Shown: piece by piece, positions 23,101-36,760 of the stretch
How positions within the stretch are numbered: the stretch's first letter is position 1
How the letters are laid out: each line of letters starts with the position of its first letter
DNA from: Octopus sinensis
Lineage: Eukaryota
Assembly: GCF_006345805.1 (NCBI RefSeq)
Contig: NC_043005.1
Span: 40,734,001-40,798,000 of the forward strand
DNA: 64,000 nt
Reading direction: 5' to 3'
Translations under genes and position numbers: made by a program
Notes under the pieces: generated by a model
The model's database searches: none
The model's input: only the letters and a program-made list of their open reading frames with translations
Told to the model about the DNA's origin: nothing

Positions 23101-25891
23101 ACTCCAGACTTTACCCCAGTCACTTAACTCAAACAAATCACAGCTATGGATATCAACAATTCAGTTAGCAACAAAAAAAATTTAGAAGTGTTACTATTAG
23201 TAATAAATTCTAAACAAATTCAAGGTACAATGTTAGAATTTCAATGTCATTTTCACTAAAATAAATCATAATCCAAGGTTTATTTCCACAAAGCATTTTT
23301 GATAATAAATTTCAAAGTAAAGACCAAGTCAACTTAAATGTTATTTAAACTCTTCTGACTAATCATAAAAACAAAATAAACTTTCCTAATCCAATGAATC
23401 TACATAAAAATAGGGACAAATTCTTCATAAATTTCTAAATACTGGTCTTTATATTTGGAAATATTTTATACATATAGAGCAGACATAAAATTGATTGTTT
23501 CCTTTTATCATCATCCAAGAGAATGTACAAATGATTCCTTCTTCAGTATCCTGATAATCCCAACAATCTTTTGATTATACTAGAAAATACAATTTACACT
23601 GTATTACAGCTTGTATCAATTCACTAACTTTATAACAGCTCAGTAACCTAGTTGTAAATAGATGCCATTTATAATCAAGACTGGAACCTTGAATAAATTG
23701 GTATATTGAGAGCAATGATCTTTGTAGAGCTGTATTTGCCTTAGTTAGGCTGTATAATTACAGAAAAGTATTGTTTCCTTACAACTCTAGTGTTACTTGT
23801 ATATATTGCATTCACCAAAAATATCTTCAGTGATCCTGGAACACAGAACCACAAACTGCCAATAGTTATTCTGAATGTAGCCCTTTTACATTAGAGCTTC
23901 ATTCTGTTACAAAAATGGTTGTGACAAAACAACCCTGTGCTTAGTTCTTAAAGGAAAACAATTATTTGCAACTTTTCCTGAGAAAATCCAGACAGGTTGA
24001 TGAAAAAGAGTGTTGTTTTAAGCATTCCTAAAATTATTATGTAATAAGAGGATGATGAATTTAATTTTACTCAAAACTAACTATTCCACATAACAATGGT
24101 AATAAGAAATTGGATAGTGTAGTTCCACTCCAGAGCAGACCTATGATCAAAACATTACAGTTATAATCAGTGTTATTTTTTAACTATTTTCTATGTGTTT
24201 AACTTCTAAAGATAAGGCGTGGGGAATGGCTACTATTTCTATCAGGTGAAGCAACCACATAGAAATCTCAATTGGTCCAGATTTAGATAATGTTCCTCTA
24301 AAACTATGCACATCAACCAGGTTAATTTGCAGGGAGACATCAATTGTTCCTATCTCTGAACTTATTCATCAATTGTTTACATAACAAAAAATTGTCACCC
24401 TAGAAGGTTAGTTTATATTGAATAACTCGAACCTTGAACATGATTCTATCTCATTAAAACCAAATCTTAATGAGCAAATGAACTAGAAGGACCATGGTAC
24501 TACACTTGAATGGTTTATAAAATCAGATATTTGTAGAAACTATCCAAACATTAGATGGCAGACTAATCATCATTATTTAACATCTACCTTCTGTGAGACA
24601 AATATATAAATATTCTTGAAGCAATAGTGTCACTGATGACAGTTTAGTGGGGTTGTTGTTTAGTCTTGATTAAAAACATTTAAAGTTAGGGCTATTCAGC
24701 AATAGCAAACCCTGGACTACATAGTCCTTTTTTTAACACAATAACAGTTTGAGGAAGAACTGGAGCAGGTCACACCACTGTTTAGGAGTTCAGTGGGTCA
24801 ATTAGTGTATTGTACTTCGCTTAAAGAAAATCTTTTTAATTAACCAGAAAAAGAAACAGCATCCGTCAGTAGTCTGAATGCCATCACACTTAAATACACT
24901 TATGTGTATGAAAATGATTTTTTATGAATAGCAATACAAGAAATAAGTTTATTTTAATGTAAAATATATATGCAACATTGCCAGTAAAGATTTCTTAGAA
25001 GTTTCTCTCTCATTCAAGTAATGTTTACAAATATGAAGTTATATGGGTTTTGGGAAAAAGCAATGGAGATACCTAAACTGTAACTTGAAAATCACATCTT
25101 GAGCTCTAACTGCTTCTTGAAAAATAAGCAAAGCTATTTTGATTTTTAAAAGAAAATTGCAAATTGTATATATGCTTTCTTTTGATTCATTCATTGGACT
25201 ATGGTCATGCTGGGACACCAGCTTGAAGGATTTTAGTCAATCATATAGCCCCCAGTACTTTATTTTAATTTGGTACTTATTCTAATGGGCTGTTTTTGCT
25301 GAACCACAAAGTTGTGGGGATGTAAACAAACCAACATTGGTTGTTGGGATCTGAGACACAAATATACATATTATATATTTACAATGGGCTTTCACAGGAT
25401 TTCTGTTTACCAAATTCACTCAGAAGGCATTAACTGGCTCAGGGCTGTAAGTAGAAGACACCCACACAATGGGACTGAGCCAAAACAAGTTACAAAACAA
25501 ACTTATCAATCGCACAACCAAGCCTGCACCTATGCTGTTTATTCTCTTCACACATCAATGCATTTGACTGTCAAGATGTGCCTAACAGATGAAATGGCTT
25601 AAGATCGAGAAGAGAAGCGATATGTAGTACTGAAGAGCAGTCCAATTCATACAAGCATAGAAAAAAATGGACATTAAAATAATCATTTTGGGTTGCATTT
25701 TGTAAACGATATGTAGAATTGATAATATATGTGTAAGTAAATAATTTAATCCATACCATGTTTCCACAAATATATCCAAGTAGATATTCTCATCAGCAGA
25801 TGTGAATCTTTTATTTCTACTTTGCATCTATTGAAGATCAGTAAGAGTAGCCGAAATATTTATAAGGGTAAGATACAATGGTATGGTTTAA

Positions 25892-26112
25892 CCTTTTAGC
25901 ATTTAAACTGGCCATATCTGGCCCAAATAGTCTATGTTCACATTCATACTGGCCATCCAAGCCTCTTGTATCTACCCTACACTGACATTCTAAGAATAAA
26001 CAACTACATCACTGAAACTTCAAAGCTATAAGATAATGCATGATTAATTTTAAACATTTTCAATTAAAAAGAAAAACATTACATTTGACAGAAAAATGTG
26101 AATGCTAAAGGT
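25892..26112. mobile_element. TTAA-flanked MITE (piggyBac-like ends), family A
   Basis: ttaa|ccttttagcatt ... aatgctaaaggt|ttaa. Homologous copies at 32180-32397 and (partial) about 14180-14351. Confidence 0.8.
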
Positions 26113-28683
26113 TTAACTAAATTTAAATGTACATAAAATCTCATGCTTAGAATTGAGTTCATAAAATTTCATATTTATAAACTTAATTTCATTTGTCCTA
26201 TCAGCTGAAAGAAAGAGTAAGCTTGGGGGGGAGGGGGCACAGCTGTCTCAGAATAAGTTGGAAATGAAAAGAAATGCTGTTTCATAACTGTTTTAAGAGA
26301 AAATAATGGTAGACAACTGAAACATCTTCAGATTTTACATTGCTTGATATCATTACAACTGAAAAATATATATTAGTCAATTATTTTCTCTTCTATGATT
26401 CAAAGGAGTTAAAATCAGAATGCAGTTTTGTATTGATGTGGAACTTCTACCACAGAGAAGTTCTTACACAAACATGAATGAAACCCAACTTTTTTTTTAA
26501 TATTTTTCTTTTAAAAAAAAGTAGAGTAAAAGGAGATGGTGGAATTGAAAATGATGACATTCATAACTAATCCTAAGAGGATCAGAAACATCAGTAAAAT
26601 TAAGTAGCTCCAGACAAGGAATTGAAACCCTCACTGACTGATTACTCTGTCAAATGTAATGCTTATTTCTTCACATTGATATGAACTAGTCATGCAATAT
26701 CTCAAAGCTTAGAGATTTCAATGACATGATTGTTTATTTGTAGAATATTTATTTCTTTATTGCCCACAGGGGGCTAAACATAGAGGAGGCAAAGGGATTA
26801 AGTTGATTACATCAACCCCAGTGCGTAACTGGTACCTATTTAATCAACCCCGAAAGGATGAAAGGCAAAGTTGACCTTGGTGGAATTTGAACTCAGGATG
26901 TAACGGCAGACGAAATACCGCTAAGCATTTCGCCAGGCCAGTCAGAAGATAAAACAGGTAGATTATTTTGGCTGGATATGGCCAGTTTAAATGCTAAAGG
27001 GTTAACTCATCACCTAACTGTGATACTCACCAATAGTTAATTATAAAGACGATGGTGACATGTATTTTTCGTTTTTAATGAACTCAAGGTTTAGTTTTGT
27101 AAAGAAGGAATGAAATCAAGTGAGTCCACTTAAGTGTATTACTGACGAGGGATGCTAGCACAAATTGTCCAGCAGGATATGAAAATTTAGAATAACAAGA
27201 GACAAACTAAAGCTTATGATCCATTCAGCCTTACCATGTATTTTTTTTTTTTTCCATTACTGATAGCAATGATTTCTTTAAGTACTCAAAGCTATTCATC
27301 GTCATCACTATTACCATGTGTATTAAGAAGGGAGCAGGGATACAATAACAACAAAAACAATAAGAAATCAAAGTTTCATTCAGTCTATAATTCATTCGAA
27401 ATTTAAAATTCAATAAAACAAATTAATCGGGGTTGGTTTTTACATATTAAAAACAAGAATAAACAAAAACAAAAGCAATAATAAAAGATACTACTTTCAG
27501 TCTTTCTTCTTCTGAAGGTATGTTGCATAATTTATTATTTTCTTTTCTTTCTCAAACAAATTGAACTAACCAATCAGATTTACATTGGAACATGTCTATA
27601 GCTTTAGTAAATGGTTTCATTTACTTTGTTGGTATTTTTTTTTTTTTTCAAGTATTATAGTTTTTATATTTAAGTGTTTGAAAGTAAAATTTAACAGAAA
27701 AGAGAAAGATGATTAATGATGGTGATGATGAAAATTATGATTAAACTAAAATAGTTAAATTAGAAACAAGTCTTTTGGAAACTGCAAATATTTCACATAT
27801 GTTTGTGTTTGTACATGTGTATCGATACATGACACCATGCATGTATGTGTGTATGTGTGTATGTGTGTGCAGAAAATCTAAGGATGTTTGTAATGAAGAG
27901 TAAATAATAGGCCCCAAGACATACAAAGTTTTTGTTAGCTTAATTAGTACGTTGATAAGTGTTTTATTTTCTGTTTTTCGTTTTTTTTCCCTCCTTTCAC
28001 TTTATACCGACCAGTGTCTTTGAGATTAAAAGAAGAACCAAAAATCAATAATAATAATGGTATTAATAAAATATAAACAAAACCAAATTTTGTCTGTTTG
28101 ATTTATAAATCTGTTTACAAGAGATTCACATTGGACCATAACAGGTGCTGGAATGTTGCAGGCCACACTTCAATCTTCTAGATCAGCCAACATTTTCAGC
28201 TTCCAGACTTCTGAACTTCTGAAAGTCCTCGAAGAATGGACAGCAGTGAACAGGCGTCATATCCCAAACACAGACACTAGAACTGAGTGGTGCTTTGTCG
28301 TTTTAGTTACAGAAATGTGAATGTGGGGGGGAGGTATTATCAATGGTTGGGAGTTTCTTCTGCAGCCCAGTGCAGGCAGTGGCTGCGCTACAAATTGTTG
28401 TTGTTACTACTGGTGTTGCTGTTAAAAGTTTAGTGTATTCAGAATATGCATAGAATCACCAAAATCAGGCAGGAACAAATAACCACTTTTTGTGTGTTTA
28501 TTATTTGTCCTTTTTTTTCCATTTTGTTTTTTCTTCTTTTCTTTTCATGTTGATGTTGTTGTTGTAGAGTAGCTCAGACACTTGTTTGATTTCGGCCATA
28601 TACCGACCATTCCTATCCATACCCACCCACCTCAAAAAAAAAAAAAAAAAAAAAACCACAATGCCAGCAACAATCCCACTTCA

Positions 28684-28760
28684 TCAGAGTATAAAAAATA
28701 GAGCTATGATAATCACCATTATAACTATCAACACAACAATTGCACACCATTGGCGTCGGT
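28684..28760 (-). CDS. STX6: syntaxin 6 terminal coding exon (transmembrane anchor)
   Basis: ctttcag|AC CGA CGC CAA TGG...CTC TGA TGA. Encodes [25 protein letters not shown], similar to human [25 protein letters not shown]. Confidence 0.95.
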
Positions 28761-29224
28761 CTGAAAGTAAAATAAAGAAAAAATAATGAGTAAATAAATT
28801 CAAGCATTATGTACAAGGAATAAGGAAGAAAAGCTAATAGTGATGTATGAGAGAATAAGTTATTGAATCTATTCATAGATCCTGTGAACAAATTCATATG
28901 AAGCATATCATTTGCTTTTGAAACAGGACATTTTCTTCTATATCACCTTAGTTCATTTTAGCTATCGTAAACTAATACCACAAAGGATCATAAAATTGAT
29001 TTTATCACCCCAGTGAAATAAATGAAATACCCTTAATTTAATTCTCAGATATTGTGATACAGTCAAGAGCAACGTACGTCAGTCGATGCTGCATAAATAA
29101 TTCCACTTTAAATTACATCTCTAATCCACTACAATGGCTCCCCATTGATCCAATCATGATAAATACATCTGTTGCAAGTAATTTCACTGATCATTCACAT
29201 GGTAAAAAATCATGTTCATCAAAT

Positions 29225-30570
29225 GCACATCACTAAATCATCATCATCATCATTTAAGATCCATTCTCCATGCTGGCATGGGTTGCATGGATTAACAGGA
29301 GCTGGTCAGCTAGGGAGCTGTTTGGGCTTCATTTGTCAGTTTTGGCACGGTTTCTACAGCTGGATGCCCTTCCTAACATCAACCATTTTACAGAATGTAC
29401 TGGGTGCTTTAAATGTGGTGCTGGCAGAGGCATTTACATGTCATGGGTGCTTTTATGTGGCACCAGCACCCATGACTTCACAAGACTTGATATGTCGTCT
29501 CAAGCACAGCAAACTGCTATCTGTCATCTTTTCTGTGAGGCCCAATGTCTGAAGATCCTTTCGTATCACTTTGTCCTATGTCTTCCTAAGTCTACCCCTT
29601 CCACACATTTCATCCACAGAGATTGCCACTTGATAACCATACCAGTGCAGTCTTCTATTTTGCACACTACATCTTATGCCTCATATACCCAATTTTTCTC
29701 TCAAATCACACTGCTGTGCATGCACACTGACACTCCCATCCAGCAGATCATGCTGGCTTCATTTCTTTCAAGCCTTTGCATGGCCTCAGTAGTTACAGCC
29801 CATGTCTCATTGCCATGTAGCATAGTTATTTGTACACAAGCATCATACAATCAGCGTTTCACTCTGAGACAGAGGCCCTTTGTTATGAACAAAGGAAGTA
29901 GCTCTCTGAATTTTGACCAGCCCATTCATATTCTAGCAGCTATACTTTCAGAACTATCTCCTCCATTACTAACTTGGTTGCCTAGGTAATGGAAACTATC
30001 TACTACTTCTAAGGATCCACCTGGACATTTGTGAGAGTCTATTTTCTGTACATTCCTGGTGTTTAATGTACCTGCACATCTGCCACATACAATGACTACT
30101 TTCTCTGTTAACCTTCCTGTGATACTGTTGCACCTTCTAGGTGTCAAACAGCTTGCATTGGGTCAACTGTATGGAGTTTCTACCAACACCTTTTCTACAT
30201 ATCAAGTAGGCTCATCTCCTTGGAGGGATCTGTGATTTGTCCATTTTCCTTCTTACTGGGACTTTGGCATTTGCTAAATTAACTCTATGGCCCTTTGATT
30301 CCTGACCTTGCTTCTACACCTGGATTCTGCAATAAGAACAAGGTCATCAGTGTAGAGGAGCTCCCAAGGGCAGACTACCTTAAATTCCTCTGTTATGGTC
30401 TGGAGACTATGATAAACAAGAGGGTACTGAGAACCAATCTTTTGTAACCTCCTGTCTGTACACTAAATTCCTTGCTATACTCATTGCCAACTTTCACCTT
30501 ACTGACAGCATCCCTAAATTCATTGTCACACCTGACAGACACAGTAATGATGCTAGGGGTCAGAATCATT
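29225..30570 (-). mobile_element. 5'-truncated RTE-clade LINE with (GAT)n tail
   Basis: Decayed RT C-terminal region (VCPWELLYTDDLVLI; KCPGGSLEVVDSFHYLG) followed by the shared tail ending in a TGA/GAT microsatellite at about 29237. Confidence 0.85.
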
Positions 30571-30894
30571 GAAAGGAGATAAGTCACAGAAGAATTTATT
30601 GTTATGTCTAAGAGAATTATATTAGAGTATTAGTAATAAAAGATAATTAATAATATTTAGGGAATCATATTGGTTATTTCTCTTTCTGTCTGTGCATAAT
30701 TATTACAATTAATGTTTTCCATGTAGATGGCATCTGAATAATTAAACCTCAGTGATTAATTATTTTAAATATATTTAAAGACACATTTCTTTTCTTCATC
30801 TCATTCTTCTTCAACTGAAAAACTTTACCCAACATAATTTTTTCTTTGTTGTAATGCTCTAAGATACTTCAATTTCCGCAGAGTTAATTTTGCC

Positions 30895-31550
30895 TTCCTA
30901 ATGTCAACCACTCCGTGAGTTGTAGTGGGTGCTTTTTATATGCCACTGGCATCAACCACATTTGGATGGTGCTTTTTTATGTGCTACTGGCACAAGAGCC
31001 AGTGGGGGGGGGAGACTGGCATCGACCATGTTTGAATGGTGCTTTTCACATGTCACCAGCACAGGGAGCCAGTCAGGCAGCACTGGAATCGACCCACGCT
31101 TGAATGGTGCTTATTACGTGCCACCAGCATGAGTGCCAGTCAGGTGGCACTGGCATTGGCCACAACTATAATTTCCATTTTGATTTGCTTTTGATTTTGG
31201 TTTTTGATTTTACTTCACTCAATAGGTCTTTTTATGTGCAGCGTATCGCCTGACGATTCAAGGGTATTTTTAAATGGGCTGGTTATGCAACACTGGTATA
31301 GGCTACAGCTGTGATTTCACTTTACTTGCTGGTTCTTCTCAATCACAACATAGTTAAAAATATAAATCATCAGCATTTAATGTCCATGTTCCATATTGGC
31401 ATGGGTTGGGCAGTATGACAGGATTCAATGGGCTCAAGGACTGCATCATGCTCCAATATCTGCTTCAGCATGGTTCCTGCAGCTGGATGCCCTTCCTAAT
31501 ACCAACCACTTCACAAAGTAGACTAGGTGCTTTTTTTTATGACACTAATA
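30895..31550 (-). mobile_element. two older copies of the RTE-tail family
   Basis: Diverged gtgccac/aaaagcacc units, a (GATTT)n block, and a second tail core at about 31365-31550. Similar old copies lie at about 7280-7495(+), 14590-14802(+), 61321-61640(-) and 62340-62480(+). Confidence 0.7.
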
Positions 31551-31844
31551 CTACCGAGGTTGTTTAAAAGGAAATAATAAATAGATAATTAAAATAAAAT
31601 GTAGGAAGATTCTATTTAAAGGGTGTGAGATTTGACAAAAGAAAGGAATGTAAAAGCAAATATGAAATTTAATAACCTAAAACAGGAGCTTGTAATAAAA
31701 ACAATCCAGTTATGGAAGGCATGATAATCAATGATGTGCAAAGCCAATATCTTAGAAATGGTAAAAGAAATTGTTTATATGATCAGAATGAAATTGATAC
31801 TGAAGAGGAACAGGTAGATGAAGATAAGAAGAAGAAAAACAAAC

Positions 31845-31939
31845 CATTTGACATGTGTAACACTTTTGCCATTTTCTTCATCACACTGTCTAATCTAGAA
31901 TCAGCACTTTCCAAATCTTTGTGAAAGTCTCTTAACATT
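31845..31939 (-). CDS. STX6: syntaxin 6 exon (95 nt, SNARE motif)
   Basis: ttgcag|A ATG TTA...AAT G|gtttgt. Encodes MLRDFHKDLESADSRLDSVMKKMAKVLHMSN, similar to human [31 protein letters not shown]. Confidence 0.95.
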
Positions 31940-32723
31940 CTGCAAAGAAAAACATGTAAATATAGCAACAACAAAGGAACATAGGCACAGCAACACATAC
32001 AACATTATGTACATAGAATAATACTACAAGTATGACAAAGTAAATAATCACTAGAGCTATCAAAATCAGTCATTTCCATTGATAGAGTGTGCCACAGGGG
32101 ACACACATCGAGGACATGCTTACCATGGTAGAAGTGGTTTTCAAAGAAGCACTGATTTTTTTGTTGATTGAGATATTAACCTTTTAGAATTTAAACTGGC
32201 CATATTTGGCCCAAATATTCTACCTGTTTTATGTTCATACTAGCTAGATCCAGCCTCTCACACTTGCTCAACAATGTTATTCTAAAAATAAAGAGTCACA
32301 TCACTGACATCTTGAAGCTATAAGATAATGCATGATTAATTCAAACTTATGTGAATAAATAGGCAGTACATTTGACAGTAATGTGACTGCCAAAGGGTTA
32401 AACAAAACTAGAAGCATTCCTTGGCTGAACAATTCATTACCAATTCCCAAGACCACCACACAAAACAAATTTTGTTAACAAAACAAAATTGACCAGAAGG
32501 CTTCATGTTTTAATCACAATGGGGTCATAATATTTTTTATATAGGCACAGGCATGGCATATAGATGCAGGTGTGGTTGTGTGGTAAGAAGTTTGCTTCTC
32601 AACCACATGGTTTTGGGTTCAGTTCCACTGCATGGTACGTTGGGCAAGTGTCTTCTATTGTAGCCTCAGGCCAACCAAAGCCTTGTGAACAGATTTGGGA
32701 GATGGAAACTGAAAGAAGTCATA

Positions 32724-32756
<33 letters not shown>

Positions 32757-33296
32757 ACTAACATAAAGACTGAGAAAAATGCTCAAAATAACTTAGATAT
32801 GTACTTGACATAGCAACAACACTTTTAAAAGACAATAATTGATAATTAATAAAAATCAAAATGCCCATATAAACACCAAATTAACAGCATTAGAAATTGG
32901 AACACAAGGCACTACTTCAGTTCTTGGCTATCAACTATCTAAGTGTATCCTAAAAAGTCTAAAGTTTCGCAAACACTTACTCCACAAACATTGTCTGTCT
33001 TCAGTTACTATAAAAACTGTGAATACTGCACAAGAATTAATCAAATGCAAAGGGTCCATAGTGTTAGTTGTATTTCAGAGGCCTACTCAAGTAGAATTAA
33101 CCAGGACTAGTCAACAACATCAGCATGGCTTAAAGCTGTATAAAAATACCAGCAACAATGCATCATACAGAGATATATTTAAAATGTCTTTCTATGACAG
33201 GGACATAGCCATTACATAATTTCAGCAAAAGTAATAATGTCAGAGGGACAGATGCAAAATACAGATATAAACTATATTGTATTTTTGAAAACTTAC

Positions 33297-33403
33297 ACAT
33301 TTTGGTCATCCAGTTCATTGCCGATTTGGTGACTCATATTTTTCAGAACGCCGACACTGGCACCTATCATGTCCAGTTGGTCATCTTGATTGTTAATCAA
33401 CAT
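33297..33403 (-). CDS. STX6: syntaxin 6 exon (107 nt, SNARE motif)
   Basis: ttatag|ATG TTG...AAT GT|gtaagt. Encodes MLINNQDDQLDMIGASVGVLKNMSHQIGNELDDQN, part of the Qc-SNARE motif. Confidence 0.95.
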
Positions 33404-33589
33404 CTATAAAGAGGAAAATACAATTTTACAACTGATGTAAAACAAAGTAACTGAGATAAATCATTCTAAATTATCAAAAATAATGCGTATAAGAAGACTT
33501 CATCTGATCAATATCTTGTAGCTGGTATCACATATAGTATAATCCACCATGTACTATCACCTTCAGCTTCTCAGATAACCAGCCAAATA

Positions 33590-33740
33590 TCTCTAAATTA
33601 CAACTTCCTTTAAAAAAGAAAAGACACATTGGATAATGCAGGAAACTATACATAAAAAATACAACATGGTCATGTTGCAATGTCAATGATCATAGGTTAA
33701 AGGTTAACTTGATAAAGACTGGCATGGAGTTAAACAAAAA
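33590..33740 (+). repeat. old interspersed repeat family (gacacattggataatg... core)
   Basis: Related diverged segments at about 41360-41550(+), 42480-42680(-), 43660-43850(+) and 54660-54790(+). Confidence 0.55.
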
Positions 33741-34849
33741 CAGCCAGAAAATTTCAAAAAATTACTGAAGAAAGCAGCAGAACTTACTGAAACTCTGAGA
33801 GCAAATCTTGATGAGAAATGTGAGTGGATGACAAAGAAATGGTAATAATATTTTGCCATGTTTGTCTTTAAAACTGGCTTTTAAAATATGTTATGTGTTG
33901 CAATTTCACTAGTTTTATACTATTTAGATCAATGTGAATGTATGTCTATGTGGGTTTATGGTGGAGATTTTGCACCCACTTCTGAGCAAGTCTGGATTTG
34001 CATGTGTAGTAGTTGCATGTGTACTCATGTATGCACAAAAGTAAATGTTTTTTATATTCTTTAATGATGATCTTAATCAGAGGAGGAGGGGTAGTACCCT
34101 CAATTCTTTTCAAGGCTCCTGAACTTGGTTGGAGAAAGGGAGGAAGTTATCCAAAAGCCAAAGATCTGATCTGAATGTTTGTCACAGAGTCGACTCCATA
34201 AAGGCACTCAAATGCCAAGTGGTAGTGTTATCTTTTTGATCTTCCATCTTTTACGTGTTTCAGTCATTAAACTGTGGCCATGCTGGGACACTGCCTCGAA
34301 GAATTTTAGTTGAGCAAATCAATCCCAGTACTTTTTTTTTTTAAGCCTGGTACTGATTCTATTGGCTGTATTTTTGGTGCACAGCTAAGTTATGGGGACA
34401 TAAACACTCCAACACCAGTTGTCAAGCAGTGGTGAGGGACACACACAGACACAAAGAAACACACACACACACACACACATATATATGAAGGGTTTCTTTC
34501 AATTTTACAAGGCTTTGCTCAGCCTGTGGCTCTAGTAAAATACACTTTCCTGGGTGCCGTGCTGTGAGACTGAACCTGGAACTATGTGCTTGAGAAGCAA
34601 ACTTCTTACAACACAGCCATACTTGTGTTAAACCTATTCACAAATTAAATCTCTCACAGATGAAGAATGGTGTGTGGGATGGGCTTCCACGCAGTTTTCC
34701 CTCTCCCAAATTTCACTCAAAAAGTTTTACTCTATGGTAGTTGAGGACCCTTTTCCAGTTTGCTTTTCAATGGAGTTTAGCCCACAACCAAAGACTTGCA
34801 AAAGGAATTTCTTAAATCAACTTGCCATACTGGTGTGAGCATCTGTATG

Positions 34850-36100
34850 AGCAGCTCCTGCAAGTGTGTATCTATGTACATGCATACTTTATTTACATGC
34901 ATTATGTATGTGCTTGTGTATATATACAGGTGATTTACACGTGGGTGTAGAACCTTGCATACATATCTGTGCTTGGTTACACTTGAATGAACATGTCTAT
35001 GCATATTTGCACGAATGCTTCTATACAGCTATTTCTGAGTCTGTCTATGCACACTCATACAAGTACATCTGTTGACACTTGGCTGTATGTCTCCAAGTAC
35101 ATCATCTCTATGCACATTTGTCCATGTACATTTGTTTACATTTCTCTGCTTGCAAGTAAGTACTTGAGTTGGTATGTGTGACTGCAACAGTAAGCATATG
35201 TGTTGCCAGTGCAGTGAGCTGATATACCACTTCAGCATTCTGAGTAACTTGTTCAGAGTGTGTGAATATGTGCTTACATGTGCACATGTGAATTTTCTTT
35301 GGTCGATAATAGCTTCTTTAAAAACACATTATAATCCTAAAATGCAATCATCATTACCAGATTTTCATCACTATCAACTGCAGCTTCAAGCTATTCTTAT
35401 TACTATAATCATCATCATCATTCTCTCCACCATCACCTCCAGCATAAAAAGTAGCACACAATTTGTCGGTTAGATAACTAACCATCAGCCCCTACAATGT
35501 TGCAATAGAAACTATTTGTGTAATATCTCAACTTCTGTAATATGTGTGTATGTTGTATTATATATGGTTAGGAACATGGAAGTATAACTGAAAGTGTGTG
35601 TGTGTGTGTGTGTAACTTGCATGAATGTATCTGTGTACATGTGTATATTGTAAGTATGAATGGAGTTGCATGCCTGCATATACACAACTGTGTGTACACG
35701 TGCATAAGTGCATACATGTGTGTCTGTAACTGAGCACATGTATGTGTGTAGTGGTGGGCATGCATGTATTTGGGTATGGGTAGGTAGGTACAAGTTTCTA
35801 GTTGTGCAAGAGTGTGTAAATATATGCATGTGTATAGTTTATGTATGATGTGTAGTTATGTGCATGCATAATTGGGCATGTGTGTAGGTGTGTTTGTGCA
35901 TATGTAAGAGTATGTCTGCTTGTATGAAACTTTGTACATGTAGGAAACTGGGTGCATACATGTAGTTTTGTATGTGCATCTATGTATATATGTAGTTGCC
36001 TCTCAAACAATTACACATGTATACATGTGAATACATTTGTGTCAGAGTATAGGTGGTTGCATGAATGTGTATATAATTGCATGAGTGTGTATGTTGCCTA
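34850..36100. repeat. degenerate TG/TA-rich low-complexity tract
   Basis: Long runs of atgt/gtgt/gcat words; the source of many spurious H/T/C/V/Y-rich ORFs. Confidence 0.8.
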
Positions 36101-36640
36101 TCTGGGAGCCTTATTTCATATCAAGCCTTCTCTGACACAGTAGATGTCAAAGAAAATTTGATCCAGATCTGTTAAAAACTGGTTTTTGCAGACAAAATGA
36201 CGGAATGTTAAAAACTTATGAAAATCATGCAAGTATGGAACAGTGGACATTGAGAAAATAGATTGTATGCATGCATATATATCTTTTGATAAGTACAAGC
36301 GAATATTTACACACACAAACTCATACACAGTTTACGTATACCAGAAATGGATGTTAAATGATGATGATAGTGGTGGTGGTGATGATGATGATGATGATAC
36401 TGGTCCCAGAGCAGATTTTATGTAACATCCATGTATAAAGGTATGTATTCAAGAGATTCACACAAGCACAGTTTCACAACATGTTGAAACTTTGAAAAGG
36501 TCTGTATATTCAGGTAACATTTAAGGTTATTTTGTAACTTTTTCATCATCCAAAACTCTTATAAAAATCGAAAACTGAACAGTTATTTTTCTGAAATACC
36601 CCCACTTTTAACCAGAAGACATTCAATTTAAAGTTATAAC

Positions 36641-36760
36641 CTGTTGTTGTTGTTCATTATCATCAATAAATCTTTGGTTACTTCTTTCCATCTCTGTATC
36701 AAGTCTTGAATATCGGGTATCCATTCTGTTAGTGCTTGGTCCGTTAGTAGTTAATAATGC
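36641..36760 (-). CDS. STX6: syntaxin 6 exon (120 nt)
   Basis: tttcag|GCA TTA...CAA CAG|gttata. Encodes ALLTTNGPSTNRMDTRYSRLDTEMERSNQRFIDDNEQQQQ, similar to human ALLG...[25 protein letters not shown]. Confidence 0.92.

Noticed and set aside
33740-33830. Short protein-like frame (QPENFKKLLKKAAELTETLRANLDEK) ending at a GTGAGT donor on +, overlapping a GTAAGT on -
   Set aside because: No convincing acceptor, no partner exons, and no recognisable homology.
34777-36425. Cluster of 60-105 aa ORFs
   Set aside because: Translations of TG/TA low-complexity sequence.
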